Below, one piece after another: positions 1 to 11,970 of a DNA stretch of 64,000 nucleotides. How positions within the stretch are numbered: the first letter of the stretch is position 1; each line of letters opens with the position of its first letter. The stretch spans positions 107,446,001 through 107,510,000 of the forward strand of contig JAGIQG010000004.1 of assembly GCA_024679065.1 (NCBI GenBank). The letters run 5' to 3'. Below the pieces are notes generated by a model. The model did not search any database. It saw nothing but the letters and a program-made list of their open reading frames with translations, and was not told the origin of the DNA. Source of the stretch: Sphyrna mokarran (lineage: Eukaryota). Made by a program: the position numbers and the translations under genes.

Positions 1-206
1 CCCTTGGGCTGGAAGGATTGAATCCCTGAATATGTAAGGGAAAAGATAGCAGAGGCACTCTTATGTATAGATAAGAGTTCATTCGAAAAGGGAATTGTGC
101 CAGAACACTGGTGGACAGCTAATGTCAATCCTTTGTATAAAAAGGAAATTAGAATAAGGCCAGGGAATGTTAGAACAATTAGTGTAATGTCGGTGGTAGG
201 AAACAT
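1..206 (+). mobile_element. CR1 LINE ORF2 fragment (pre-RT region)
   Basis: Reads WWTANVNPLYKK and, after a frameshift, PGNVRTISV, a decayed form of the CR1 WRxANVTPLFKKG...PGNYRPVSL motif. Confidence 0.8.
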
Positions 207-1115
207 GGAGAGGATGATTTTCCCAACCTAGTGATGGGGGACTCAAGGGGACGCTGTTTAACAGGCTCTCAGCCAGGCAACATGGCCTCCTTGAGTCTCC
301 AGCAGCTGGATTTCTGGTGCCATCAGCTCCATGCTAGGAATTGGCACAAAGCTGCACAATTTATTTAAATCTTCATTTTAATGTATTTTACATATAATCA
401 ATGGTCCAGGACTGAAGTTTCTCAGCCTGCTAGCCACTCCCTACCTCACAGGAGTGTTTCACTCCAGTGGGATTTACAATACCGCCCTATTTGTCGGGAG
501 CTGATGACCGGACTTTACTGGAGTGAAGAGTGTCCATCATGGCCCACTCAGAATGTTAGGGGTAAGGGAGGGCAGCTCCCTGAGCATTGCCAACTTGGTA
601 GTGCTAGTCTGCCCTTCAGGCAGTGCCTGAAAGGCAAAGTAGTATTGCTGAAGGGGTTGGGGATCGGGACTGCAAAAGGGCAGAGGGTGGAGATCAATGT
701 GGGCTGGGGAGGGAGTAGTTGAGATTGGCCTGAACATGTTCGGGGGGGGGGGGGGGGGGCGGCAGCAATCAGGCCGTGGGAATATTGGAGGGACAGAGAT
801 GTGGGAGTCCAAGGCTGGCCAACAATCAAGCTGGCCAGTGATCGGGAGGCCTACAATGTGGGGCTACTGCCCATGCACCAATCTTGGCACTGACAATTGG
901 CGCATACGCATTGACCCACTCAGTTCTACACTGCCAACCTCTCCACTGGGAACAGGCCCATTTTTTGGATTTTTCACATGATTCATGCCAAGGCACTCTG
1001 TGATTCCCAGAGTGTGGAAGATTCATTCTGAATGTCCTGCTAATAAAAACAGTGGGGCTTCACTGTTTTCAAGGTTTTATGCAACTTTGACACTTAGAAT
1101 TTTTGGGGGGGAATC
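207..1115. mobile_element. GC-rich non-autonomous DNA transposon, probably PIF/Harbinger type
   Basis: Shares internal blocks (GGAGTGTTTCACTCCA; GCATTGCCAA) with 47445-48775 and related copies. Contains an 18-nt G run at 742-759. Ends approximate. Confidence 0.5.
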
Positions 1116-2039
1116 ACTTTTACTTTCAAAATTAAAACTTCAGACTCATTTTAGATGGAAATGAAATAATTCCTTTTTTTAGATATTGCAAATATATGTT
1201 TTGAGGAATACCTTTTCTTAAATTTTGGAATGTAAACAGTTGGAGAAGAAGAAATTTGAGTAGTAACCTTTTTCATTGCAAACTTTTATTCATTGGTGCA
1301 ATCCAGAAACATGTAGGTTTTGATTTTAACCTCCCCCAATGTTAGGAACGGAGGAGAGAGCGAGTGAAGAGTTGCACACCTTAGCCTGCCTGCCAGTTCC
1401 TTAGCTTTATCCTGCTCCCAGATCATTTTTCCGGAAGTAGGATTGATGAGGTGGCAGAGCAGTGGTCAATTGTCATTGGAGCTGCTTGAGGCCTGTTAAG
1501 ACCTATTATTAGAGGTCAGCCGGGAATTTCCATTCATTCTCCTGGTCTCACCAGGCAGCTGGGAACAGCATAGCTACCTGGAGACTAGTGGCAGATGGCA
1601 AGGGAGAGGGGAGCATGCTAGGAGCTCCAGGGAGCAGAAGGGATTAACTTACCCAGCAGGTTTAGACACTTAGCTGCCTGCCCCTGTTCAGCGATAATCC
1701 CAGTCTGCCCTGATCAGCTCCCATCAATAGTAGGAGAGCAGGCTGCAAAGGCTTTCTTTAATATTAAATTTAAAAAAGGTTATAGAAAAGATACCTGTGT
1801 TTTGAGATACCCTCTCACCTTGAATGACAACTGTGCTGCTTTCAGGCTGGTGTGTTTCTCACTGACAGTGCAGTCAGTTTCTCCGGTACACTGAAGTTTA
1901 TTGAACACTGAGTCCATGCTCTGACTATTAATTGGCCAATTCAGGGGAAATCACAGATGATTGACTATTCCCCCCATCTAAGCCTGACAGCCATATCCTA
2001 AAGCTTGCAGGTAAACCCCATTCAAGAAACTGAAAATAC

Positions 2040-2260
2040 AATTAGGTGCATAATAACATAGATTTGAAAAGGATAGGTCATGCTTGGCTGACCTTATTGA
2101 ATCTTTGAAGGAACAGAAAAATTGCATCAGAATAATGCAATGCATATAATATGCTTGGATTTCCAAAACGTCTTCAGTAAGATATCACATAATAGACTAA
2201 TGACCACAGTCAGAACAGGTAGAATCAGAAGTTAATTACCAGAACTGACAAAAAAATAGA
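2040..2260 (+). mobile_element. CR1 RT fragment
   Basis: Decayed GF.K.RSCLTNL.EFF and LDFQKAF motifs. Confidence 0.65.
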
Positions 2261-2294
2261 AAACAGAAAAAAGGAGTTATAGATTGTTATGAAA

Positions 2295-2722
2295 ATAAAA
2301 TACAGCAGATGCTGCAAATCTGAAATAAAAACAGAAAATGCTGGAGTCAGGCAGAATCTGTTGGAGAGAAATAGTTGAGTGGATGACCTTTCATCAGAAC
2401 TGGGAAAAGATAGAGGTGAAATAGGTCTTACAGAACAAAAAGGAGAGTGAGTGGGAAATGAACAAAAGGAGAGGTACGTGATAGAGATTGTGCAGATTGA
2501 ATGTGAGACGTGTTGATGGTGTAAGGCCAGAGGCAATGATAACAGGCCAAGTAGTGAAACAAATCTGGAGGAAGTGTGAATGACAGAATGGTGAAGATCT
2601 GTGGCCTGAAAACAAAAAGAAAAGGAAAACATGTAAAACCAAAGCTTGCAAAGAAAAAAGAAACAAAGTTGAATCAATGTTGAATCTGGAAACTTGTAAA
2701 ATGCTTAACTGAAAGATAAGGT
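2295..2722 (-). mobile_element. Penelope-like element pLTR/3' remnant
   Basis: Terminal GCAGATGCTG..AAATCTGAAATAAAAACAGAAAATGCTGG block, a hammerhead half (minus-strand CTGATGAAAGGTCATC near 2381-2397) and a decayed GIY-YIG C-terminus at 2675-2720. Confidence 0.65.
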
Positions 2723-4539
2723 CCGATTACCCAATAATCTTCATGCCTATTTCCACTTCCTCCAGGATTTCAATATTTTCCTTCTCGCTTAATAACTAAA
2801 ACTGGACACAGTGGTAAAAGGCAGTCTGAACCAAAGCTTCTGGTCTGGAGGGAGTAATACTACTACTGCATCACAATACCTCCTGTTAATTGGGTGCCTT
2901 TGAGAAATAGAAATATCACACTGGTGTAACAAGGGCCATTCTTTTCAGCATTGCAACACATTTTTGGGGCAGTGTTGGAAAGCTAATTTACACCTGGGTA
3001 GTGCTACACCTGCACAAGGGAGATATTGACACAGGGCTAGCATAATATGGGAAAGCATTTCATTTCCCTGACATCCCTTACTCCAAGCAGCACAGGAAAA
3101 GCAAATGGAGTGGGAATAAGGGATTCTGTTGACCTTTACAGTCTACACAGACACCTCATTACAGGTTTGTCTGTAAACTATCTACTGCAACATACTTTAG
3201 TTTGGAGAAACATAGAAATCCAACTGTCTGAAAAAATGAGGTGCTTGATCAATTGGAAAGTAGGTCAGTTTTTTTCATGCATCTTTTGTAGTGAGCTTTG
3301 TGTTACTATTTCATTTTGGTCTGCAAACAGATGTATTGTGACAATCATCTTATGTACTGCACACTATAGTCTGTCATCAACTGAATTCAAGAGCATCTGC
3401 TTTCTGTTTTAATTAATACTAAGCACAGCATTCTCTATTAATTTTCACCAAGAATAATATGCAAAGTTGACAATAAAATGTCTGAATTATGCATGTCAGA
3501 TAAATTCAGGTTAAACAAGTAGCAGCAGGCTGTTTAGTAACACGCTTGTACTGTGTCATTGTGAGCACCCAAAGTTGAAGATACTATGCAGGTTGCCTAT
3601 GATCGTGGCTGGGGCACCATCACACATGACCAGCACTGCATTGCACAATATAAATTGTTAGTTGCTTACTATTAAAATGAAGGTCCAGACCTCAAAATCC
3701 TTTGAGTCCTGGGCATGGCATAAGAGTGGTGAAGAGAACTTGCATTTCATTTCAGATTTATTTTTCTGACCCCTAGCAGAGTATATGGAGCCTGGACAAT
3801 TTGAAGTGGAAGTGTAGAATCTTAGATGCTTGCTAAATGGGATATGGAAGATGCATTTCTGGCAGGTTAACTGAAGAGTGAGGTGATGCACTCAACTCAC
3901 AATTTTGTTAGGTGTCTAATATCATCTCTTTATAATATGCATAATACCCTGAATAATTTAACATCTTTCAACAGTGCTCAGGCCAAAATCCAATTCTGAT
4001 CACCTAAAAAAGTTTAAGAAAATGCTTCACAAATGTCCAACTCTCTGTTCAGAATACAAGTTACAGGAGAATAGGGGTGAGGGATCTCAATGCATGGTTA
4101 AAGGGTCTTTGTCTTCTGTTGTGGCAGCACGTCTCTCATTATAGGCTTGAGTGTGTGTTCTGAATTAGACTCATGAAGTAGTCATCATTGGGTGTCCCTT
4201 ATTGTCCAGTATCCAACAGTGGTGCTTCAAATAGAGGTGGCATATTGGAATTGGCATAGAATGACAGAATTATGACTGTTGTCTGGGTAATAGGCATTTA
4301 TCTATATGGTCTGCTGCCTCTGATTATGCGCTAGCGGCACATGGGAGTTGTGACTGATGAAAATACGAAATACACATAAAGAAATGTGCACATGGTCAGG
4401 GCATCTTGCATGATGTGGAAGCCTTACAATCCATTTTTATTCTATTCCTGGAAATAAGATAAAACTGTCTCTCATGGCAATTTCAGACCAGTTAATTTAA
4501 CATAAATCAATGATAACACCCTGGTCTCTAAATTTGAAA

Positions 4540-5010
4540 GTGGTGGCTTCACTCCTGCAACCACTTGAAATGCTTGAATACATATGTTGGGGCTGGTATT
4601 CCAGTATAATACAGAGGGAATGCTGTACTATAGAATCATAAAATCTCTACAGTGCAAAATGAGGTCATCTAGCCCATCGAACATATATCAACTCTCCAAA
4701 AGTGCATCCCACCCAGGCCCACTGCCACCCAATACCTGTAATCCTGTGTATATGCCATCTAACCGGCACATCTTTGGGGTGTAGGAGGAAACCAGATGAA
4801 ACCCATGCACACAGAAGAATGTACAAACTCACACAGAAAGTCATTGAAGGACAGAATTGAACCCCGATTCCTGGTACTGTGAGGCAGCAATGCTAACCAC
4901 TGTACCACTGTACTGTCAGAGGTGCTTTCCAGTGGATGGGATATTAAATCAAAACCCTGTCTGTTCCTTAAGGCACAATTTGAAGATAAATAGAGAAGTT
5001 CTCCCTGTGA
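4540..5010 (+). mobile_element. Ancient Deu-domain SINE (SacSINE1-like), split by an HE1-like insertion
   Basis: CAGAGGGAATGCTGTACT..|..TGTCAGAGGTGCTTT..GGATGGGATATTAAATC resembles the Deu core and is continuous across 4632-4916. Confidence 0.6.
4632..4916 (-). mobile_element. HE1-like tRNA-derived V-SINE, CR1-type tail (tail A)
   Basis: Minus-strand head CAGTGGTTAGCATTGCTGCCTCACAG..GGTTCAAT (A/B boxes), V core and GATTCTA tail. Confidence 0.85.
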
Positions 5011-5473
5011 AAAAAACAAAATTTTGTGGAAGGCGGAAACCTGAAACAAAAACAGGAAATTCTGGAAATATTCAGCAGGTCAGGTAGCATCTGTGGAGAA
5101 AGAAACAAAGCTAACATTTCAGGTTAATGACCTTAGTTGTCTTCATTACAATGAAGAAGGTGGACATTAGAATGTGATTTACTGGAACAGTTTAAAATTA
5201 CAAAAGGATAAGAAACACAGTTAAAAATGAATTGCTTCCAGCAGTTGATGGGTCGAGAACATGGGAAGATATATATATACATTTTAAGAGATGTAGAACA
5301 GGGGAGGAGACAACTTTTTACTCAGAGGCTTGAGAGGCTTTGGAAAGCATTGTTGGAGTTAGTGACTGAAGCATTTAAAATTTAAATGTTAAAATTTAAG
5401 AATTAGTTACATATGTGGGTGAAGAAGAATAGGATGAAGGGACAGAGGATTCTATGATTAAGCATTTTAGCTT

Positions 5474-5783
5474 GGTGACATAGTGATAAGACTGCTGCCT
5501 CATAGCGCCGGGGACCTGTGTTCGATTCCAGCCTCAGGTCACTGTCTGTGTTGAGTTTGCACAACATCACTGTGCCTGCGTGGGTTTCTTCTAGGTGCTC
5601 GGACTTCCTCCAAAGCCCAAAAATGTGTAAGTTAGGTGGATTGGCTATACTAAATTGACTGTACTGTACTGGGGATTAGCATGGTAAGTGTATAGGTTAC
5701 AGGAATAGCTGGGTGAGATTGTGGTTGGTATAGACTTGATGGGTCAAATGCCTCCTTCTGTACTGTAGGGATTCTATTCTATG
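5474..5783 (+). mobile_element. HE1-like SINE, tail A
   Basis: Head with GTTCGATTCC B box, V core, tail GATGGGTCAAATG-CCTCCTTCTGTACTGTAGGGATTCTATTCTATG. Confidence 0.9.
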
Positions 5784-7493
5784 AGGAACAATGAAGACAT
5801 ATATGAATAGACTATCTCCTTGTGTGGAAGGTTAAACCAAGATGGAATGCCAAGTTACAATAGCATGTTTTTATGCTCCAATGCAATTCCTGGAAGTATG
5901 TTGGACCAAGACACCTTGTTACTTGAGTTTCAAAGAGTGCTACTGGACATGTCCACCTCAACAAGACATGGTTTTGTTTTACAGCTGATCCAAAAGTGGT
6001 ACCTCCACCAAGACTTCACCACATCAATTTCATATGAAAATGGTTACCCTGCATTTGGGAGAGAAACTGCAACTTTCCGAGTCAGAGCTTTCAATATTAT
6101 CCACTCAGCAAGCTCATCTATTTGGGAAAACTATCACATACTTCAATAAAGTACTTTGAATTTAATTATACAACACTGAGAGCAGACATTATTTGAAGAA
6201 AAATTGCCTGAAAATGATACACTATTATAATCAATAATAAATCATAAATCTGACAAAAATATTTTATATAGTAAGATATAGCAACCAAGTAGTTGCTGAA
6301 ATAATAATTCAATTAATTGCATACAACCTGTTAGTGCGTGTTGAAGACAGATTGGAGAAGTGTACAATTACACATTTATCTATTTAATTCTAAAGTTCCA
6401 AAGTACTACCTCAGATTAAGCCAGCATCACAGGATGTGCACATAAATCAATACAAAGTAAATTCATAAAAATAAATCAAAGAATCACATATGCTTGGAAT
6501 AATTTGCCAGGTGGGTTGAAAGAAACAAAACATTAGGGGAATTCAAATTGCATCTTGATGATATTATGGAAAGGATGAAATACTCCATGGATGAGCTTAA
6601 TAAAGTATTTAGTTGTTCTCTGGGAATAAACTAAAATAGCCAAATAGGATGCCACATGGATGAACTTAATAAGGCGTATAGGATGCTACACAGGAATAAT
6701 TTCAATCAACTGTATAGGATAGAACTTGAATTAGTTCAACTGCCAGCAGTCAAACCTATCGTTAGAATCAGAATGACACAGATTCAATAAGGTGGTGCAT
6801 TGGCAATATGTGTTAAAACACTGAAGTACAATGTCAAGCAATAGAGGAACAAAGCGATTCGAAACTGTTAAATTCCTGATTTCAACAACACTTATCAGCA
6901 TTGAGCTGATTGGATAAAACCTGTGAAATTCTTCTTTAAACTTGGTGAACAAAATCACATCTAAAATATGTGGTCTATCGACCTATGCTGTTAACCTTCA
7001 ATGGACAATTCTACAAAATGACACCTATGGAAATTAATCTGCAAAAGAACCACTGAAGAAATGCCACTGGTCAAAAAATTAAAAGTTGAAAGCACTCCTT
7101 AATAAGTGAGAAGTAATTTACTGTCCTTTTCTCTCTCACAATCTGCCCACATCATCATGGGAATGAACTGAGTGACTGGAGATACTTGTTTGAATTTGAC
7201 AGTCAGCCCTTTACTATGGAAATCAGGGTTCTGTAACATACTGTACAAAGGTGACTGATTGCAACTTTGGAGGAAAACTGGGTGGATTCAGCCTGGTGCT
7301 TGCTCCACCAAGTTTATTTGAAAATCCGACCAATGGGGGGACAAAATGTTAAGGAAAGGTTGAGGGATCCACTGGATTCCAGAAAAACTATTGTTCAAGC
7401 AATTTCTGCCATCAATCCTGAATTCATCACTGCTCACTTGCCAAATGAGGTATTTGATGCCAGCTGGGTTAAAGTATATATTACCTGGTATCA

Positions 7494-7690
7494 CCTGATG
7501 TGGAGATGCCGGCATTGGACTGGGTAGGCAAAATAAGTAGTCTCACAACACCAGGTTAAAGTCCAACAGGTTCTTTTGGTAGCATGAATTTTAGGGGTGC
7601 TACTCCTTCATCAGGTGAGTGCAAGATTTGGTTCACAAAACAAAGCATAAATAGACACAAACAATTACAAGATAATAGTTGGAATGTGAT
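7494..7690 (-). mobile_element. Penelope-like pLTR with decayed hammerhead
   Basis: Homologous to 10244-10440. Minus strand CACCTGATGAAGGAGTAGCACCCCTAAA, with the core GAAA damaged. Confidence 0.8.
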
Positions 7691-7699
7691 ATATTATCT

Positions 7700-8397
7700 G
7701 GAGCTGGTGAGCTGTGACTGGGGACCTACAATCTGCCAGCCCTTTGATAATGAAACTTAGCTCTCAAATTTCTCTGTTCAAGAAAGGAAGGAGGCAGAAA
7801 GCAGCAATCAAAAGTCAGTTCACCCAACGTCTGTCATTGGGAAAATGCTAGAGTCCATTATTAATGAGGTGATAGCAGGATGTTTAGAAAATAGTAATAT
7901 AGTAGGCAGGAGTTTATGGCCTCGTTGGGGCGAGACTGGAAATTCCCACCTGAGGTCAACAGAGATTTCCATTGTTGGACACTCGCCCATGCTGATTCCA
8001 TGACAGGTGAGTAGGTAGAGTTTTGGCCAATTAGTTAGAGTCGACGTGGTTTTCTGAAAAAGAAATTGCGCTTGACAAATGTGAGGTTGTCCATTTTGAC
8101 AGTGAGAACAGAAGAACAGTATTATTTAAATGGAGAGAAACTGCTGAATGTTGCAGTCTAAAGTGACATGACCATCTTTGTAAATGAATCACAAAATGTC
8201 AGTACACATATTCAGAACATATTTAGGAAGCCGAATTAAATGATGGACTTTATTGCAACAGAGATAGTGTATAAAATTAGGTAAATCTTGCTACAATTGT
8301 CCAGGGCATTGGTGAGACCACATATAAAATACTGCATATAGTTAGTTACCTTACTTAAGGAAAGATATATTTGCATTGGAAACTGTTTAGAGAAGGC
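7700..8397 (+). mobile_element. CR1 ORF2 fragments, interrupted by a MITE at about 7904-8028
   Basis: PLFKKGRRQK, SVIGKMLES, KCEVVHF and LVRPH motifs. Confidence 0.8.
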
Positions 8398-8399
8398 TG

Positions 8400-9348
8400 T
8401 GGGCATGGAATTGGGAGAGCACCAGGTTCAATTTTTAGTGTGCTTTAGGTCCCCCCACCATGCGTATTCTGGTGGCAAAATTCTGAATGAGCCTATTGCT
8501 CGCTGCAAAAGTTTGTGGGCTGGGTTTAGCATATCCAAAAGCCTGCAAAGGGAGGTAGTGCGCATGTGCAGAACTTTGATGTTGTACATATGCATTAGCA
8601 GTCGAGATGTTTGGCAAAGAGAGAGTTGTCAGGTCCCTGCTGCTGCAGACAACGTGAAGCAGCTTACCACCCCTCTGCAATCCTGGGGGCCCACGACCAT
8701 TGATGCAAACACCACTTCCCCCCCTTCATCCCAGACCAATTGTGAGCCCTGTCCACTCCCCATTGATTGCTGCCAAACTGCCCACCCCCACCAATCACTG
8801 CAGAGTGATAGTAGGCCCCCTCACTCATTTAGCCCTACCCTCCATTGGCCCCTCCCCATGAGCCTCACCTCTACTGGCTCCTCCCATTGGCTCCATCTCT
8901 GGCACTGTTTGGTGAGCATTGCCCAAGCACCGAGTGGGCATTGCAAAGGTGCCAGGGTAGCATTGCTGGTCTGGTACAGCCAAAGGAGCAGCTTTCTCAG
9001 CCCTCAGCATTCCCAGGGGGCTTCAATGACCTCTGATTCCATTGGCAAGGCCAAGTTGACTACTCCCTATTCATGGAGAACATATTTCTTCCTTACCGGC
9101 GAGATCCTTTCCCAGTGAAGTCATAAAGGCAGGTGAGCCTAGACATTTGAGCTAATGACATTGAAATGCTTATTTAAATAAATTTAATAAATTACCTAGC
9201 CTCTCACCTAAGATTAGTGAGAAGCTTACAGTGCCAGAAAGTTTATTGCTGTAAAATGGCATTGGTCACAAAAACTGGCACCAGTCGGACTAATTACTTT
9301 ACCCCCTGCGTTGCATCCAAAAACAGGTGCGATGGCAAAATTCTGGCC
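8400..9348. mobile_element. GC-rich non-autonomous Harbinger-like element inserted in CR1
   Basis: Interrupts CR1 sequence, ends in AAAATTCTGGCC, and carries the GGCA/TGCC-rich core seen in the other copies. Confidence 0.55.
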
Positions 9349-9414
9349 AATATCTCCAATTTAAGACAGACAAGAAAAAATTTCTTCTTTCAGGTGGAAG
9401 GAAAATATTCCACA

Positions 9415-9625
9415 GAAGAGCAATGAGTTTCCTGATTAAACACTCTCTCACAACCATCATCCAAAAAATAAATTAGCTGGTTCAGATCTTTGCTGTTTAT
9501 TTGTACTTGCTATGTGTGATATGGCTGCTGTTTTTGGCTAACAATCATTCTAACGGTACTTCATTGGAGGTAAAATGCTTTGAGGTGTGAAAGACACATA
9601 ATAAATGTAAGTTTTCTTCTCCTTT
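9415..9625 (+). mobile_element. Deu-type SINE 3' part
   Basis: TTGCTGT..TTGCTATGTGTGATATGGCTGCTG..GTACTTCATTGG..TAAATGTAAG tail, also seen inverted near 38130-38230 and 53550-53670. Confidence 0.55.
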
Positions 9626-10243
9626 TTGAAGGTGAGATTCCAAAACATAATATTCAAGATGTGATCTTATCAAGGAATCAAACAGCTCTAAATAATTTCT
9701 ACTTCCTTATCATCAAATAACTTGATGATTCATCTCAACTCTGTGTTAGTCACGTTGATAGTCTAAATGCATAACTGTATTTTCCTCTGGTGTTTAATCA
9801 TATAAAATGTGTACAGTAAGATAAAAATGAGAAAGAGAGCCAGTGTTGAACATTGGGTTTAATAACATGCTTGATTGTGGGTCAAAAGGTCAGTTGTCTA
9901 GGGGACTGGAGTATGGTGCAGAATGATGTGGAACACAAGGACTGGGGAGCTGATGGGAGAGGCTACGGTAGCAGCATTTAAGGGCGTCTTGATGGATACA
10001 CGAATAGGATGTGAATGGAAGAATAGGGACTCCATAAGTGCATAGTTTAGGCAAGCATCATGATTGACACAGGTTTGGAGGGCCAAAGGACCTGTTCCTG
10101 TGCTGTACTGCTCTTTGTCCTTTTCTTTTTTCAATCCGTGCATTATAAGTAGTAATTCATGAAGGTCTGCCTCCTTCCCTGCCCCACACTTGATGTGGAG
10201 TGGTGCGCCTCAAACTACAGAACCAATTGTCTCCCTTTATTGG

Positions 10244-11657
10244 TAATATGGAGATGCCGGCGTTGGACTGGGGTAAGTCTCACAGCATCGGGTTAAAGAA
10301 CAATGGGTTTATTTGGCAGCAAAAGTCACTAGCTTCCGGAGCGCTGTTCCTTCATCAGGTGAGTGGGATTTCAGTTCATATACACGGCACACAAAGAAAG
10401 AAGTTTAATTTACAAAATAATGCTTGGAATGTGAATCTTTATAGGTAATCAAGTTTCAAAGGTGCAGACAATGTGAGTGGAGAGAGGTTTAAGCAAAAGT
10501 TAAAGAGATGTGTATTGTCTCCAACCAGGATAATTAGTGAGATGTTGCAAGCCAAGGCAAATTGTGGGGGTTACAGATAATGTGACATGAACCCAAGATC
10601 CTGGTTGAGGCCGTCTTCATGTGTGCAGCACTTATCTATCAGTCTCTGCTCAGCGACTCAGTGTTGTTATGTGTCATGAAAGCCGCCTTGGAGAATGCTT
10701 ACCTGAAGATCAGAGTAGGTACTGTGTAGGTACCGTGTACCTGGTGGATAGTGTTCTCACATGAGATGATGGCATCTGTGTCAATGATCCGGCATGTCTT
10801 GCAGAGATTACAAGAGACATCTTCTCCAGAGCCTTCAATATATCATTTTTGAAGACGAACATCTTGCCAAGGTATTTCTAGTCTTCAAACAATCGCACAA
10901 TCTCAAACTGCAGCAAACTATCTAGTCTTCAGGAGGGCAGTGACCACAACACCACAAAATCCTGCCATAGTAGCCTCTGCAAGACATGCTGGATCATTGA
11001 CATGGACGCCATCATCTCACGTGAGAATACAATCCACCAGATATACGGTACATATATTTGCAATGCAGTCAACATTGTCTACCTGATATGCTGCAGGAAG
11101 ACCATGAAAATACTACGACTAAGAATGAATGGACACCACTCGACAATCAACAGGCAAGAATGTTCTCTTCCTGTTGGGGAACACTTCAGTGGTTGTGCGT
11201 ATTCAGTCTCTGATCTTCAGGTAAGCGTTCTCCAAGGCGGCCTTCATGACAGACGACAATGCAGAGTCGCTGAACAGAAACAGATAGCCAAGTTTTGTGC
11301 ATATGAGGATAGCATCAACCGGGAGCTTGGGTTCATGTCACACTGTCTGTAACCCCCACAACTTGTCTCAGCTTGCAAAATCTCAATAACTGTCCTAGCT
11401 GGAGACAATACACATCTCTTTAACGTGTGCTTAACCCCCTCTCCACCCACATTGTCTGTATCTTCAAGAGTGGATTATCTGTAAAGACTTGCACTTCAAC
11501 CATTATTTTATAAATTGAGTTTGTATCTTTATATGCCCTATATGTACTGAAATCCCACTCCCAGAATGATGAAGGAGCAGCTTCCTGAAAGATAGTGGCT
11601 TGTGATACCAAATAAGCCTTTTGGACTTTAACCTGGTGTTATGAGACTTCTTACTGT
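10244..11657. mobile_element. Penelope-like retroelement, inverted (pLTR-out) insertion with GIY-YIG endonuclease
   Basis: ORF 11002-11352 has NIVYLICC, LRMNGH, PVGEHF and EQK..AKF...D.IN of the PLE GIY-YIG domain, preceded by a CKTC motif. 10270-10806 is an inverted copy of the right arm. Direct repeat CTTTATTGG at 10235-10243 and 11658-11666. Confidence 0.9.
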
Positions 11658-11787
11658 CTTTATTGGAACAGATGCTTATGATCCTTTGTGGACTACAGTT
11701 AATTACCTTATCAGTGAGTGCATTATTTTGTCTATTGACCTTGCTGCTTCCAAATAAAGCTCAAATCCTGAAAAAAATGCTTAATTA

Positions 11788-11970
11788 TAGAATCCCTATA
11801 GCGCAGATGGAGGCCATTGGGGCCCATTGAGTTTGCACTGACTCTTCAACAGCGCCCTGTCCCTGTAACTCCACATATTTACCCAACGAATCCCCCTAAC
11901 CTACACATCTTGGGACATTAAGGGGACAATTTGCCATGCCCAATCCACATATCCTGAACACCTTTGAACT
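11788..11970 (-). mobile_element. HE1-like SINE 3' half
   Basis: TAGAATCCCTATAGCGCAG..GGCCCATTGAG tail, inverted. Confidence 0.75.

Noticed and set aside
381-1026. Overlapping Pro/Gly-rich ORFs
   Set aside because: Produced by an 18-nt G run and GC-rich transposon sequence.
6585-6720. Short degenerate tandem duplications (also 13157-13225 and 52561-52606)
   Set aside because: Ordinary two-unit slippage products with no repeat-spacer structure; not CRISPR-like.
8399-9118. Longest ORF in the track (239 aa)
   Set aside because: Lies within a GC-rich repeated element, starts at a non-ATG codon, is Pro/Ser/His-biased and shows no domain motif.
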